This document shows, one piece after another, positions 55,475 through 64,000 of a stretch of 64,000 bases of DNA. The notes below the pieces were generated by a model, which searched no databases, was not told where the DNA came from, and saw only the letters and a list, made by a program, of their open reading frames with translations. Source of the DNA: Planctomycetota bacterium (GTDB taxonomy: Bacteria; Planctomycetota; UBA1135); the NCBI GenBank assembly GCA_045047305.1, contig JASFYO010000007.1, positions 1-64,000 of the forward strand, written 5' to 3'. Made by a program: the position numbers and the translations under genes. Every line of letters begins with the position of its first letter. Position 1 is the stretch's first letter.

Positions 55475-57705
55475 GGTTCGTTCTCCAACTTACCTTTCTC
55501 CCTAACGTAGGGAAAATCCTCATTCAAAATTTCAATCGCACGCTTGCGTGAATAATAATTTCCCACGAAGGCTTGCCCCTGCTCCGCCAGGCTACTTCTC
55601 GCCGAGGCGTTCTGTAAAAGGGCAAGAATGCGAGATGCGATTTCATTTGCCGTATCTCCCACCACCAAGGGGCGGCCAGTTTCAGGGATTCCCTCGGCAC
55701 CAATACTTGTAGTCACTACTGGCAATCCGTTCGCCATTGCTTCAACAACCTTTCCTTTTACCCCAGCACCAAAGCGCAATGGGACCACGGCTATATCCGC
55801 CATCTTGTAAGCATCGGCCAAGGCTTCGTCACTAATGCGACCATGCAGCCTCGTTACGGAGGAAGCCAAGGTCTTGATTTCGCTTCCCGCGCCACCTCCA
55901 ACCAAATGGACCTTTACATTTGGATGGCTCGCCAAGACCTTAGGGAGAATCTCCGCATGAAACCATTTCACCGCATCTTCGTTGGGAGGGTGTCCATAGC
56001 CTCCAACAAATAGAAGGTTGCATGCATTTAGCGAAATTGAATAGTCCGGCAATTCCTCGTAGAAGAAGATTGGAATATCGAGGATTCGTTTATGTGGAAA
56101 ATCACGCTTCATCAACTCTGCCTCATAAGTGCTCGGTGTGTGGATGACATCGGATTCTTCGATTAGTTGATATTCGATCTTCTTCTGGCGCACAGCTTCC
56201 GGGGATCTTCCTACTTTGCCTAAGTTTTCCCAGGACCGCTGCTCGCGCAAATGATGCAAATCGACTACTTGAAAGACTATGCGTGCACTCGTGTAACTAC
56301 GCAGTGGCTTCATGAATGGGGCAGCAACTTCCCATCTGCTCAAATATGCAAAATCAATGTCTTTACCGTGTTTTTTGAACCATGTGTCCATGTCCAGAAA
56401 TTCAGGGCCGTGCAAAACCTCCACACCCGCCGCCTCCATGATGGCGGTGTATGGTTGTACCGGAAATAGGTTGGCTGGGTGAAAAATAACTCGGTACCCA
56501 AGATCAAGAAAAAGCTGAATGTACATCCATGTAAGACGCAATCCTGCCTCATTCTCCCATTGGGGAATTTGGTAGTCGGCAATAAAAACACAAGGGCGGT
56601 GAGTCCCCCTACATTGAGCACGATTCAATTCTTCAGGCCCAGCAGCCTGTTCAGCACGCAGTGTATCGCGCCATTTTTCTTCAAATTTAGCCTGGTTCTC
56701 CACCTGGTACTTTTTCAATCCTGTGCTTACGTCGGTTCCGTGCGAAATACCTTCGAGGTGGGTAACCACGGCCTTGGGCTCATAAACGGTGCGGTAGCCT
56801 GCGGCCCGGACCGCAAAAGCCAAGTCAGCATCTTCATAATAGGCTGGGGCAAAGCGTTCATCAAATCCGCCAAGTTCGTCCCATAGGCTTTTGGAAATTA
56901 GAACGCATGCTCCCGAACAAAAATCCGTATCTTTAAAAAATGTGAAGGAAGGATGATTCGGGTTTTGGCCGCGGCCATAATTCCATCCGCTGCCATCGCG
57001 AAAAATTATTCCACCCGCCTCCTGTAGTAACCCGTCTGCCCCGAGGAGCTTCGCCCCAACCAAGCCGATCTTGTGGTCCGACTCCAACCGCTCAACCATG
57101 GCTTCAAGCCAACCAGTGTGTACCAAGGTGTCATTATTCAACAATAAAATATGTTCGCCGCGGGCAAAAGTTGCTCCGCGATTACAGTTGAGTAAAAAGC
57201 GGAGGTTCCTCTCATTCCGGATGTACCGCACCCCGGAAGTTTTTTCATGTAGTCGCTTGGTTTCATCCTGTGAATTATCATCCAGAATGAGGACTTCGTA
57301 AGAAACCTTATCGCCGGTGTAACTGAGAATGGAGCGAAGGCATCCATAAGTGATTCTCCATTGGTCATAAACCGGTATCAAAATTGAAACGACAGGAGTC
57401 TCTGGCTGGGCAAAAGTGAGAAGCTCAGCCTCTTCAAAATTGAGTTTTGCCGCAACCGTTCCATCTGGATGCCGTTGACTCTCCGCTAGCCGCCAACTGC
57501 GGTAAGCGTAATGCAAAATTGGCCCAGAAATCCTCCCCAGCGTCTTTCGATAAAAAGCCAACCTTGCCGTGCCGGGTGGCAAAACTTGCCGCTTCACCTT
57601 TTGCATCACCAGAATCACACGCGCAACCAATCCCACGCCCTGTTCTTTTAGGGTTTGGTTGAATTGGAGGGCACGACGAAATCCTCTCTTGATGAGGGCA
57701 GACAT
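55468..57705 (-). CDS. bifunctional glycosyltransferase (GT2 + GT4-like)
   Basis: LDDNS, LLNND, YYEDAD (GT2); GAGVKGKVVEAMANGLPVV (GT-B). Confidence 0.9.
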   Translation of the reverse strand: MSALIKRGFRRALQFNQTLKEQGVGLVARVILVMQKVKRQVLPPGTARLAFYRKTLGRISGPILHYAYRSWRLAESQRHPDGTVAAKLNFEEAELLTFAQPETPVVSILIPVYDQWRITYGCLRSILSYTGDKVSYEVLILDDNSQDETKRLHEKTSGVRYIRNERNLRFLLNCNRGATFARGEHILLLNNDTLVHTGWLEAMVERLESDHKIGLVGAKLLGADGLLQEAGGIIFRDGSGWNYGRGQNPNHPSFTFFKDTDFCSGACVLISKSLWDELGGFDERFAPAYYEDADLAFAVRAAGYRTVYEPKAVVTHLEGISHGTDVSTGLKKYQVENQAKFEEKWRDTLRAEQAAGPEELNRAQCRGTHRPCVFIADYQIPQWENEAGLRLTWMYIQLFLDLGYRVIFHPANLFPVQPYTAIMEAAGVEVLHGPEFLDMDTWFKKHGKDIDFAYLSRWEVAAPFMKPLRSYTSARIVFQVVDLHHLREQRSWENLGKVGRSPEAVRQKKIEYQLIEESDVIHTPSTYEAELMKRDFPHKRILDIPIFFYEELPDYSISLNACNLLFVGGYGHPPNEDAVKWFHAEILPKVLASHPNVKVHLVGGGAGSEIKTLASSVTRLHGRISDEALADAYKMADIAVVPLRFGAGVKGKVVEAMANGLPVVTTSIGAEGIPETGRPLVVGDTANEIASRILALLQNASARSSLAEQGQAFVGNYYSRKRAIEILNEDFPYVREKGKLENEPC

Positions 57706-58075
57706 AGGCTAAAGATTGGGGCCGAGATGGATGGGAGGGAGGGAACTCGCAGCCCGGCAGTCCATTCTCTCATTTCCCTGCAAAGATACCAAGAATCGAT
57801 AGCTTCGATTCCAAAACGATTGGGGGGGAGGGCTTGACCGCCTCCCTGCGACTGGAAAATGGTGACGGGCTCCTTTGAGGAAAGCCTAAGTGGCAATCTC
57901 TGACCGCCTACTAAAATTGGCCTTCGTTTCGCGACCTTTCACGCCAAGCAAAAGAACGGGGAGCACGAACATGGCACAATGCAGCCTTAATCGCTGTTCG
58001 AGCTTCGGGAGCTGGCAACCAATGCGTGAAACCGCGTGGCGAAAGGAGACAACAGAGCTTATTCTATCTCTTCTG

Positions 58076-59923
58076 ATGTCCAGCAGCCCTGACTTGCCGC
58101 GCCTCAATCGTTTTGTTCAAGGTTTGTGGCTTTGCGCTGGTGGTGGAGGCGTCGGTGCATTAATTGGCGCTTTAGAGGGCCGATGGATCGCACACCGGGG
58201 GTTTATTCCCTTGGCCCCTTTCGACCACAGCTTGATTTCGATTTGCATCCACTACATCGCTCTATTCGCCACCGCGGGACTCCTCCTTGGCTGGGCCCAC
58301 TATTGGCGACACCCTTCCAAAGTTTTGTGCGCGCTCACCTTTTTGGGCGCCGCATGGGTTCTCCCTTATCAATCCTCTGCAATCTGGGTGACGGTTGGGG
58401 GGCTTGCCTTTTGTGCCGTAGGCTGTGCCCTTTTCTTGCGTAGCTCCCCAAGATTGCGCAGACTTTATTATTCGTTAGGTGCTTTTCTTTTCTTAGCCTT
58501 ATTAGCAGGTTTCCCCGACCCAGAACCCAAGGACAAGAATCGCGGGTCGCCTGATTCCCCGAACATCGTCCTTGTTGTCATCGATACCCTCCGCGCTGAC
58601 GCACTTTCTTCCTACCGCGAGAGTCCGCGCACAAAGGACGTTTCGCCCGTCATCGATTCCATCGTTAAGCAAGGGGTTCGTTTTGGCAATGCCTACGCGC
58701 AAGCTCCGTGGACGCGGCCGTCTACCGCATCTTTATTCACTGGGCTATACCCAGCAAGCCACGGCATTGTGACTCCTTTCGATCCTTTGAATGATGCGCT
58801 CCCAACGATGGCGTCCATGCTCAAGGAGCGCGGTTATCAAACGATTGGGTTCTCAGCGAATCCTCAGATTTCTGCGGCCTTTGGTTTCCACAATGGCTTC
58901 GACCGTTTTTGGAGCTCCACCGCTAGGTTGAAAGATCGGTCGGCGGGAATTCGCCTACTCAGGAAATGGGGCATTGGCAAAGTGGAGAAGCAACCAGCAA
59001 GAGGCGTGCTTCATTCCACAGCGGACGACGTCAACCGCGCGGTCGGAACTTGGCTTGCAGAAAAGCCTGCCGCTGCGCCAGCTTTTCTTTACATACATTA
59101 TTTAGATCCACACGATCCCTACACCGCGCCGCAAGACTTGCTTGGTGAACCACCTCTGACCGAGGTAGAGGAAGCTCCGCTGTATGCCAGCCAAGAATTG
59201 CCGCCCTATCCGCTTATGGGTTCCTCGCTACCAGGGCTCAACCCCCTAGAGCTGCGTGAATTGCAGCGGCGCTATGACACAGAAATTCGTTTTGTGGATG
59301 ATCGTCTGGGAAAAATGTTGGAAAGCTTGCGCGTCGCCGGAATTTTGAGAGATCAAGATTACCTCATCATCACCTCCGATCATGGAGAAGAGTTTTATGA
59401 CCATCAGCAATGGCAGCATGGACGCTCCTTGTTTGAGGAAATGATTCACGTCCCTCTGATTGTTATTGGCCCAAAAATTCCCGCGGAAAGCGTTGTTCAA
59501 CATCCAGTGGAGCTGGTCGATGTTTTGCCAACCGTTGCCGCTTGGACTGGCGCACCCCCGCGTTTCGCTCAGCATGGTGAAAACCTGTTTGGTAAAAAAA
59601 AGAAGGTTGGAGCTTTCTCTCATCGCCCGCGTCAGCAGCACCCTATTTGGTCCCTGCGTGTTGCGAATCAAAAAGTAATCTGGATTCAGAGCGGCGATGA
59701 AATGGTCAAGCTCGCTTTCGACCTGACTACGGACCCCCACGAGGCTCATCCACTTGACGCAGAAGGAGGAGAATCCTTCTTTGGCCTACATGAACGCTTG
59801 GAAGAATTAATAAACTCGTCCTCGGAGTATCGCCGGGCTGGCTCTGGCTCCATGGAACTAGACCCTAACGCTGCTCAAAATTTAGAGCAGCTCGGCTATA
59901 TTGACGGCGCGGAAGAAAATTAG
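58076..59923 (+). CDS. membrane-anchored sulfatase-like hydrolase/transferase (start uncertain)
   Basis: N-terminal TMs; IDTLRAD, WTRPSTASLFTG, HYLDPHDPY, SDHGE..HG, C-terminal LGYI. Confidence 0.87.
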   Translation: MSSSPDLPRLNRFVQGLWLCAGGGGVGALIGALEGRWIAHRGFIPLAPFDHSLISICIHYIALFATAGLLLGWAHYWRHPSKVLCALTFLGAAWVLPYQSSAIWVTVGGLAFCAVGCALFLRSSPRLRRLYYSLGAFLFLALLAGFPDPEPKDKNRGSPDSPNIVLVVIDTLRADALSSYRESPRTKDVSPVIDSIVKQGVRFGNAYAQAPWTRPSTASLFTGLYPASHGIVTPFDPLNDALPTMASMLKERGYQTIGFSANPQISAAFGFHNGFDRFWSSTARLKDRSAGIRLLRKWGIGKVEKQPARGVLHSTADDVNRAVGTWLAEKPAAAPAFLYIHYLDPHDPYTAPQDLLGEPPLTEVEEAPLYASQELPPYPLMGSSLPGLNPLELRELQRRYDTEIRFVDDRLGKMLESLRVAGILRDQDYLIITSDHGEEFYDHQQWQHGRSLFEEMIHVPLIVIGPKIPAESVVQHPVELVDVLPTVAAWTGAPPRFAQHGENLFGKKKKVGAFSHRPRQQHPIWSLRVANQKVIWIQSGDEMVKLAFDLTTDPHEAHPLDAEGGESFFGLHERLEELINSSSEYRRAGSGSMELDPNAAQNLEQLGYIDGAEEN

Positions 59924-60080
59924 GCTGCTTATGAAGTTTCAGAGTCCTGCCTATTGGTGGCAATGATTCCTTTTCCCATGTTAGCATTAGAATGTCTAAT
60001 TGCGTCATCATGGTTAACTCGTGGACGGAAAAGGATGCCAAAACTTTACTTGGGAAGCCTTCACCGCGACTAAATTTGAC

Positions 60081-61280
60081 TCACCAGTTTTCCACCCAGC
60101 GTGGTAGAACGGCGGCGGAAGTAAATCTTCTTTGCGCTAAGGCTTTCGACCGCGCGCGCATGCCTTCAAGGCCATCCCGCTCTGCATAGGCTTTACGAAT
60201 TACAGCGGCAAGACGCGCGGGGTCGTTCTGCGGAGCGTGATAACCAATGCGCTCTTTCTTAACCATCTGTGCAAGCTCGCTTTCCGCTTCAATCACCAGA
60301 AGTATGGGAGCCCCCACGCCAAGATAGGTCATGGTTTTACTTGGATAGGCGTAGCGGAAGATGTCTGGGTTTAAGGTAATCAATCCGAGGTCCGCAGTTT
60401 TGATGACGTGCACTGCATTTTCAATCGGTTGGTAGCCATGAAAGAAAATGCTCTGGTTTAAATGTTGACCAGCTAGTTCTTCCAAAGAAAGGCGGCCGGC
60501 ACCATCACCGAGAAGATCAAAACGTATGGCTGGGATGTCATCCAGCAGCGCCATGGCCTCGATGATGGTTTCCAAGCCCTGAAACCGGCCGAGGTTTCCA
60601 GCGAAAAGAATACGGAAACTGCCTTCTGGTTTTTCGAGGCCGTCTGGCATAGAGCCTTCGCCGTCGAAGGATTCCAGTTGGAAGTTGTTAAGGATTTCCA
60701 CGTTATCGGTTGAGAGTCCGCGGGCAGCTATGGCATCGCGCATGTCGCTGGAAAGGACGATGACACGTTCTGCCCTTGCGCAGTTATTGCAGTCAATGCG
60801 AGCTAATAAATTTGTGAGAAACCCCTTCTTTGCCATTCCTGAAGTGATGGCAATCTCCGGGTAGATATCCATCATGTGGTAGAAAAACTTACCACCACGA
60901 AAGTGCGCGGACTTACGTGCGGCGGCAGCAACCAACACCGGGGGCATCGTCGATGCCATTACCGTGTCATACCGATTCTTCTTGCGGCGGAAAAGAATAT
61001 GCGCAGTGATCGCGCACATGAACAACAACATGTTGAGCCCACGCATGACAAAGTTGCGCTTAGATTCGGGTAGGAGCCGAATGCGGCGTACCCGAAACCC
61101 ATCGAGATCTTGGCGCCGTGGCATTTTGCGCTCGGCGGTTGCTTTGGTGTACGACGGTTGCGCCGAGAGCACGGTGACATCGTGGCCGTCGGCAGCAAGT
61201 TGTGCTCCAATCGACCGCAACATGGATGCATACGGCGGGGAATCCGGCCAGAACCAGCGATGGATCAGGAGGATTTTCAA
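60081..61280 (-). CDS. glycosyltransferase family 4 (WbuB-like)
   Basis: FWPD, DIYPE, AGNLGRFQGL, PSK..TYL; follows fnlABC. Confidence 0.85.
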   Translation of the reverse strand: MKILLIHRWFWPDSPPYASMLRSIGAQLAADGHDVTVLSAQPSYTKATAERKMPRRQDLDGFRVRRIRLLPESKRNFVMRGLNMLLFMCAITAHILFRRKKNRYDTVMASTMPPVLVAAAARKSAHFRGGKFFYHMMDIYPEIAITSGMAKKGFLTNLLARIDCNNCARAERVIVLSSDMRDAIAARGLSTDNVEILNNFQLESFDGEGSMPDGLEKPEGSFRILFAGNLGRFQGLETIIEAMALLDDIPAIRFDLLGDGAGRLSLEELAGQHLNQSIFFHGYQPIENAVHVIKTADLGLITLNPDIFRYAYPSKTMTYLGVGAPILLVIEAESELAQMVKKERIGYHAPQNDPARLAAVIRKAYAERDGLEGMRARSKALAQRRFTSAAVLPRWVENW

Positions 61281-61292
61281 AGCAAGCTCTGC

Positions 61293-62447
61293 CTAGGAGT
61301 CGCGGGTGAAGCCAGTTGGCATAGCCAGATTAGACCAGGCCCGATGCTGACGCGCCGTTCCAAGAATCAAGTTCAGCACACGCTGGGAAGTATTGGTGAC
61401 TTGATAATCAACCGGGACCTCCGGAACCTGCCCGTTAGCGTATTGCTTGATCGTTGCAGCAACCGCTTCGCATACGTTTTCGGCATCCAGTCCGCACACT
61501 GTGATGGTGCCAGTGTCCATCGCTTCTGGCCGCTCAATTGCCTGACGCAAAGTCACCGCCGGAAACTTCATCATCGCCGACTCTTCCGAGATGGTTCCGC
61601 TATCCGAAAGAGCGCACATGCAGTCTTGCTGGAGGCGGTTGTAGTCGAAGTATCCAAAGGGCTTAAGGAAGCAGATGTCCCCCTTCGGTTTTCCGCGACC
61701 AAGTTCGTTCAAGCGCTTTTGCGTGCGCGGATGGGTAGATACCAAAACTGGAACCTGGTACTCCTCGGCGAGGGCTTCCAGAGTATCGATCAACATGCCA
61801 AGCCGCTCTGGATGGTCCACATTTTCTTCACGGTGTGCGCTGACAATGAAGTATTTGCCTTTCTCCAACTGATGGTCTTCCAATATGGTTGAGGCGTTAA
61901 TCCCTTCGCGATATGTATTAAAAACTTCGCGTAACGGGGATCCAGTCACGTAAATCCGACGCGACTCACAACCTTCCTGCAGCAAGTGACGCCGCGCATG
62001 CTCGGTATATGCCAAATTGAAATCCGCCAAATGGTCAATCAGTTTGCGGTTAGTTTCTTCCGGCACGTTTGGATCGAAGCAACGGTTCCCGGCTTCCATG
62101 TGATAAACCGGAATCCGCATACGCTTGGCCATGATGGCGGCAATGGAACTGTTGGTGTCGCCGAGAACAAGAAAAGCGTCGGGCTGCTCTTTCAGTAGTA
62201 CTTTCTCTATCTCAATCAGGATGTTGCCAAGTACCGCGCCGAGAGAGCTGACATCCACTCCAAGGAAGTGGTCCGGCTTACGCACCTTTAGTTCTTCAAA
62301 GAACAGCTCGTTAAGTTCGTAATCCCAGTTCTGTCCGGTGTGCACCAAAACGTGGTCGGTGTGTTCATCAAGAGCCGAAAGCACACGCGACAAACGAATA
62401 ATCTCGGGCCGCGTGCCAAGACAGGTCATCACTTTTAACTGCTTCAT
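61293..62447 (-). CDS. fnlC: non-hydrolysing UDP-HexNAc 2-epimerase (FnlC/WbjD type)
   Basis: GTRPEIIRL, HTGQN.DYEL, GDTNS, HMEAGNR, SDSGTISEE. Confidence 0.88.
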   Translation of the reverse strand: MKQLKVMTCLGTRPEIIRLSRVLSALDEHTDHVLVHTGQNWDYELNELFFEELKVRKPDHFLGVDVSSLGAVLGNILIEIEKVLLKEQPDAFLVLGDTNSSIAAIMAKRMRIPVYHMEAGNRCFDPNVPEETNRKLIDHLADFNLAYTEHARRHLLQEGCESRRIYVTGSPLREVFNTYREGINASTILEDHQLEKGKYFIVSAHREENVDHPERLGMLIDTLEALAEEYQVPVLVSTHPRTQKRLNELGRGKPKGDICFLKPFGYFDYNRLQQDCMCALSDSGTISEESAMMKFPAVTLRQAIERPEAMDTGTITVCGLDAENVCEAVAATIKQYANGQVPEVPVDYQVTNTSQRVLNLILGTARQHRAWSNLAMPTGFTRDS

Positions 62448-63568
62448 CAAACGTTCTCCCAAACCGTGTCCGGCGCTTGCGGATTAAAAACTTCGTGCGA
62501 CCAAAACATGGTCAGTAAATCAGATTCGCCAACATTGGTGATTTCATGAGTGTGCAAAGTTGGCATATCGATGAATTGATGATGCTCTCCACTTACACGA
62601 AACTCCTCAATCTTGTCGTCGAATAGGCGACGGATGCGGATGACCGCCTCGCCCGATACCACCAAAAATCTTTCGACCTTATGGTAGTGGTAGTGATTGC
62701 CGCGCGTAATTCCTGGACGCGTGGTAGACAAGAAGGTCTGGCCACCATTGTCTTCGCGCACGGCTTCGAATAGCCAACCGCGATCGTCCGAATGGAGCTG
62801 GATGTCTACCGGAAAGCCTTGAGGGTAAAGCGCGGCGCGATAAGTATTAAACAAGCGCAGGTCCAAACGGTCGCGCAAATCGGGAATGGTATGCGCGGTG
62901 CGGTAGGACTCATGGAACGACTGCAGCTTCTTCAAAAGCACGGATGTCTTCATCTTTACCCCCGCCGGCCGCACCGTTTGCACAGGAACTCCACTGCGGT
63001 CGCTTAGGTGTTGCAGCGCCAAAGCCGCGACATCTGAGGCGTGGAGCAATTCCAAATCCCCGTCGACATGGATCTCTGGCTTTTCGTCCTGTGCAATTTG
63101 GGAGCAGAAAGTGTGCACCACGGAATTGTAAAACGGACGACCATGTTCGCCGAATACATGTGGCAAAATCATGTTGGTGAAGCGTCCGCCCTGCGAGCTT
63201 GCCCATTCTGCAATTACATCGGCAGCGTCACGCTTCGAGGCGCCATAGCGGCTATCTCCAAAACTATGGGTCGAGTTGGCGTACAGAATGTGTGGTTTGG
63301 TTTTTGATTCACGGCAAGCAGCAACCAAGTCTTTGGCAAGGTTTACATTTGCCGCGTAGACCTCTTCCTCTTCACCGCGATTCATTCCCGCGAGATGCAC
63401 GATGGCATCACATTGCTGGACAAAGTTCTGCCGTATCTTGGCGTCCGCAAATTCGGCGCGACCGGCAAGGATCACCTCCACGCCTTCTTCTTGTAAGTAC
63501 GCACAGCGCGCATGCCAACCAATCAGGCCGTAGGCGCCAGTGATTCCGATCCTCAACGAAGCGCTCAA
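62447..63568 (-). CDS. fnlB: UDP-L-FucNAc pathway reductase with cupin domain (FnlB/WbjC/Cap5F)
   Basis: HLAGMNR, YGASK, PFYNSVVHTFC, RGNHYHYHKVERF. Confidence 0.88.
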   Translation of the reverse strand: MSASLRIGITGAYGLIGWHARCAYLQEEGVEVILAGRAEFADAKIRQNFVQQCDAIVHLAGMNRGEEEEVYAANVNLAKDLVAACRESKTKPHILYANSTHSFGDSRYGASKRDAADVIAEWASSQGGRFTNMILPHVFGEHGRPFYNSVVHTFCSQIAQDEKPEIHVDGDLELLHASDVAALALQHLSDRSGVPVQTVRPAGVKMKTSVLLKKLQSFHESYRTAHTIPDLRDRLDLRLFNTYRAALYPQGFPVDIQLHSDDRGWLFEAVREDNGGQTFLSTTRPGITRGNHYHYHKVERFLVVSGEAVIRIRRLFDDKIEEFRVSGEHHQFIDMPTLHTHEITNVGESDLLTMFWSHEVFNPQAPDTVWENV

Positions 63569-63570
63569 AC

Positions 63571-64000
63571 TTACAACCCCGCCTCTTTCAAATCGCGGCG
63601 GATTTCCGGCAGAGTCATAAGCAATTGCTCGACAGCCGAAACATCTAACCGGTCCGTGTTATGCGAGGTGTAATCCTCTACATCCACATCTTTGGTATCG
63701 CCTTCCGTGAAAAACTTTCCGTAGTTCAGGTCGCGGCCATCCATCGATACGCGTAGGTAATCACCCATGTCTTCTGAACGTCGCAGTTCCTCCGCGCTTG
63801 CAAGAGCCTCATAAAGCTTTTCTCCATGCCGGATGCCAATCACGTTGACTTCATTGTCGGCCTTAAAGAGATTCTTCATGGCACTTACTAAATCGCCTAT
63901 CGTGCAGGCCGGAGCCTTGCGCACAAATAGGTCGCCTTGCTGTGCATGAGTGAAAGCAAACTCCACCAGATCTACTGCTTGGGCTAGCGGCATAAGAAAG
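63571..64000 (-). CDS. fnlA: UDP-GlcNAc 4,6-dehydratase FnlA/WbjB/Cap5E, C-terminal part only
   Basis: GDLFVRKAPA, IGIRHGEKLYE, DGRDLNY, YTSHNT; 5' end outside window. Confidence 0.88.
   Translation of the reverse strand, partial: FLMPLAQAVDLVEFAFTHAQQGDLFVRKAPACTIGDLVSAMKNLFKADNEVNVIGIRHGEKLYEALASAEELRRSEDMGDYLRVSMDGRDLNYGKFFTEGDTKDVDVEDYTSHNTDRLDVSAVEQLLMTLPEIRRDLKEAGL

Noticed and set aside
57706..58075. ncRNA or JUMPStart/ops element in the divergent gap of the glycan locus
   Set aside because: Only short hairpins (GAATCGA/TCGATTC, GGGAGG/CCTCCC); no GGCGGTAG ops match and no recognisable RNA family
1..64000. tRNA, rRNA, transposase, integrase or prophage genes
   Set aside because: None recognised by eye; intergenic gaps are short and otherwise explained. 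tRNAscan/Rfam would be needed for formal exclusion

Overview
A gene-dense bacterial chromosomal segment with about 50 CDSs. It is moderately GC-rich by eye, and the protein repertoire suggests an uncultured Planctomycetota-like lineage (inference). I found no rRNA, tRNA, CRISPR array or mobile element. The left half is housekeeping and metabolism: Dus, an ABC permease-M1 aminopeptidase fusion, aconitase, NYN-CSD nuclease, HAL2-like PAP phosphatase, an FG-GAP protein, MaeB, RluA, a CHASE hybrid kinase and split PntA/PntB. The centre holds a minus-strand operon: an unusual, truncated NuoF-like subunit, a formate dehydrogenase that the ORF track splits in two but which is one selenoprotein (in-frame UGA at 35881-35883 followed by a SECIS hairpin), and an SLC13/TrkA-C transporter. 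Next comes a BtuF/BtuD/BtuC-type importer interrupted by gmhA and two paralogous lipoproteins. The right third is an ABC-transporter-dependent surface-glycan locus (FnlABC, WbuB, GT2/GT4, two sulfotransferase-like genes, Wzm/Wzt, GSCFA, WbpL-like, WbpM-like). Signals not in the ORF track: a TANNNT -10 box 6-10 nt before many start codons (pervasive leaderless transcription), a frameshifted ankyrin-repeat relic, a relic of an ECF-sigma fusion gene, and a terminator directly before the start codon of the second tandem paralogue.
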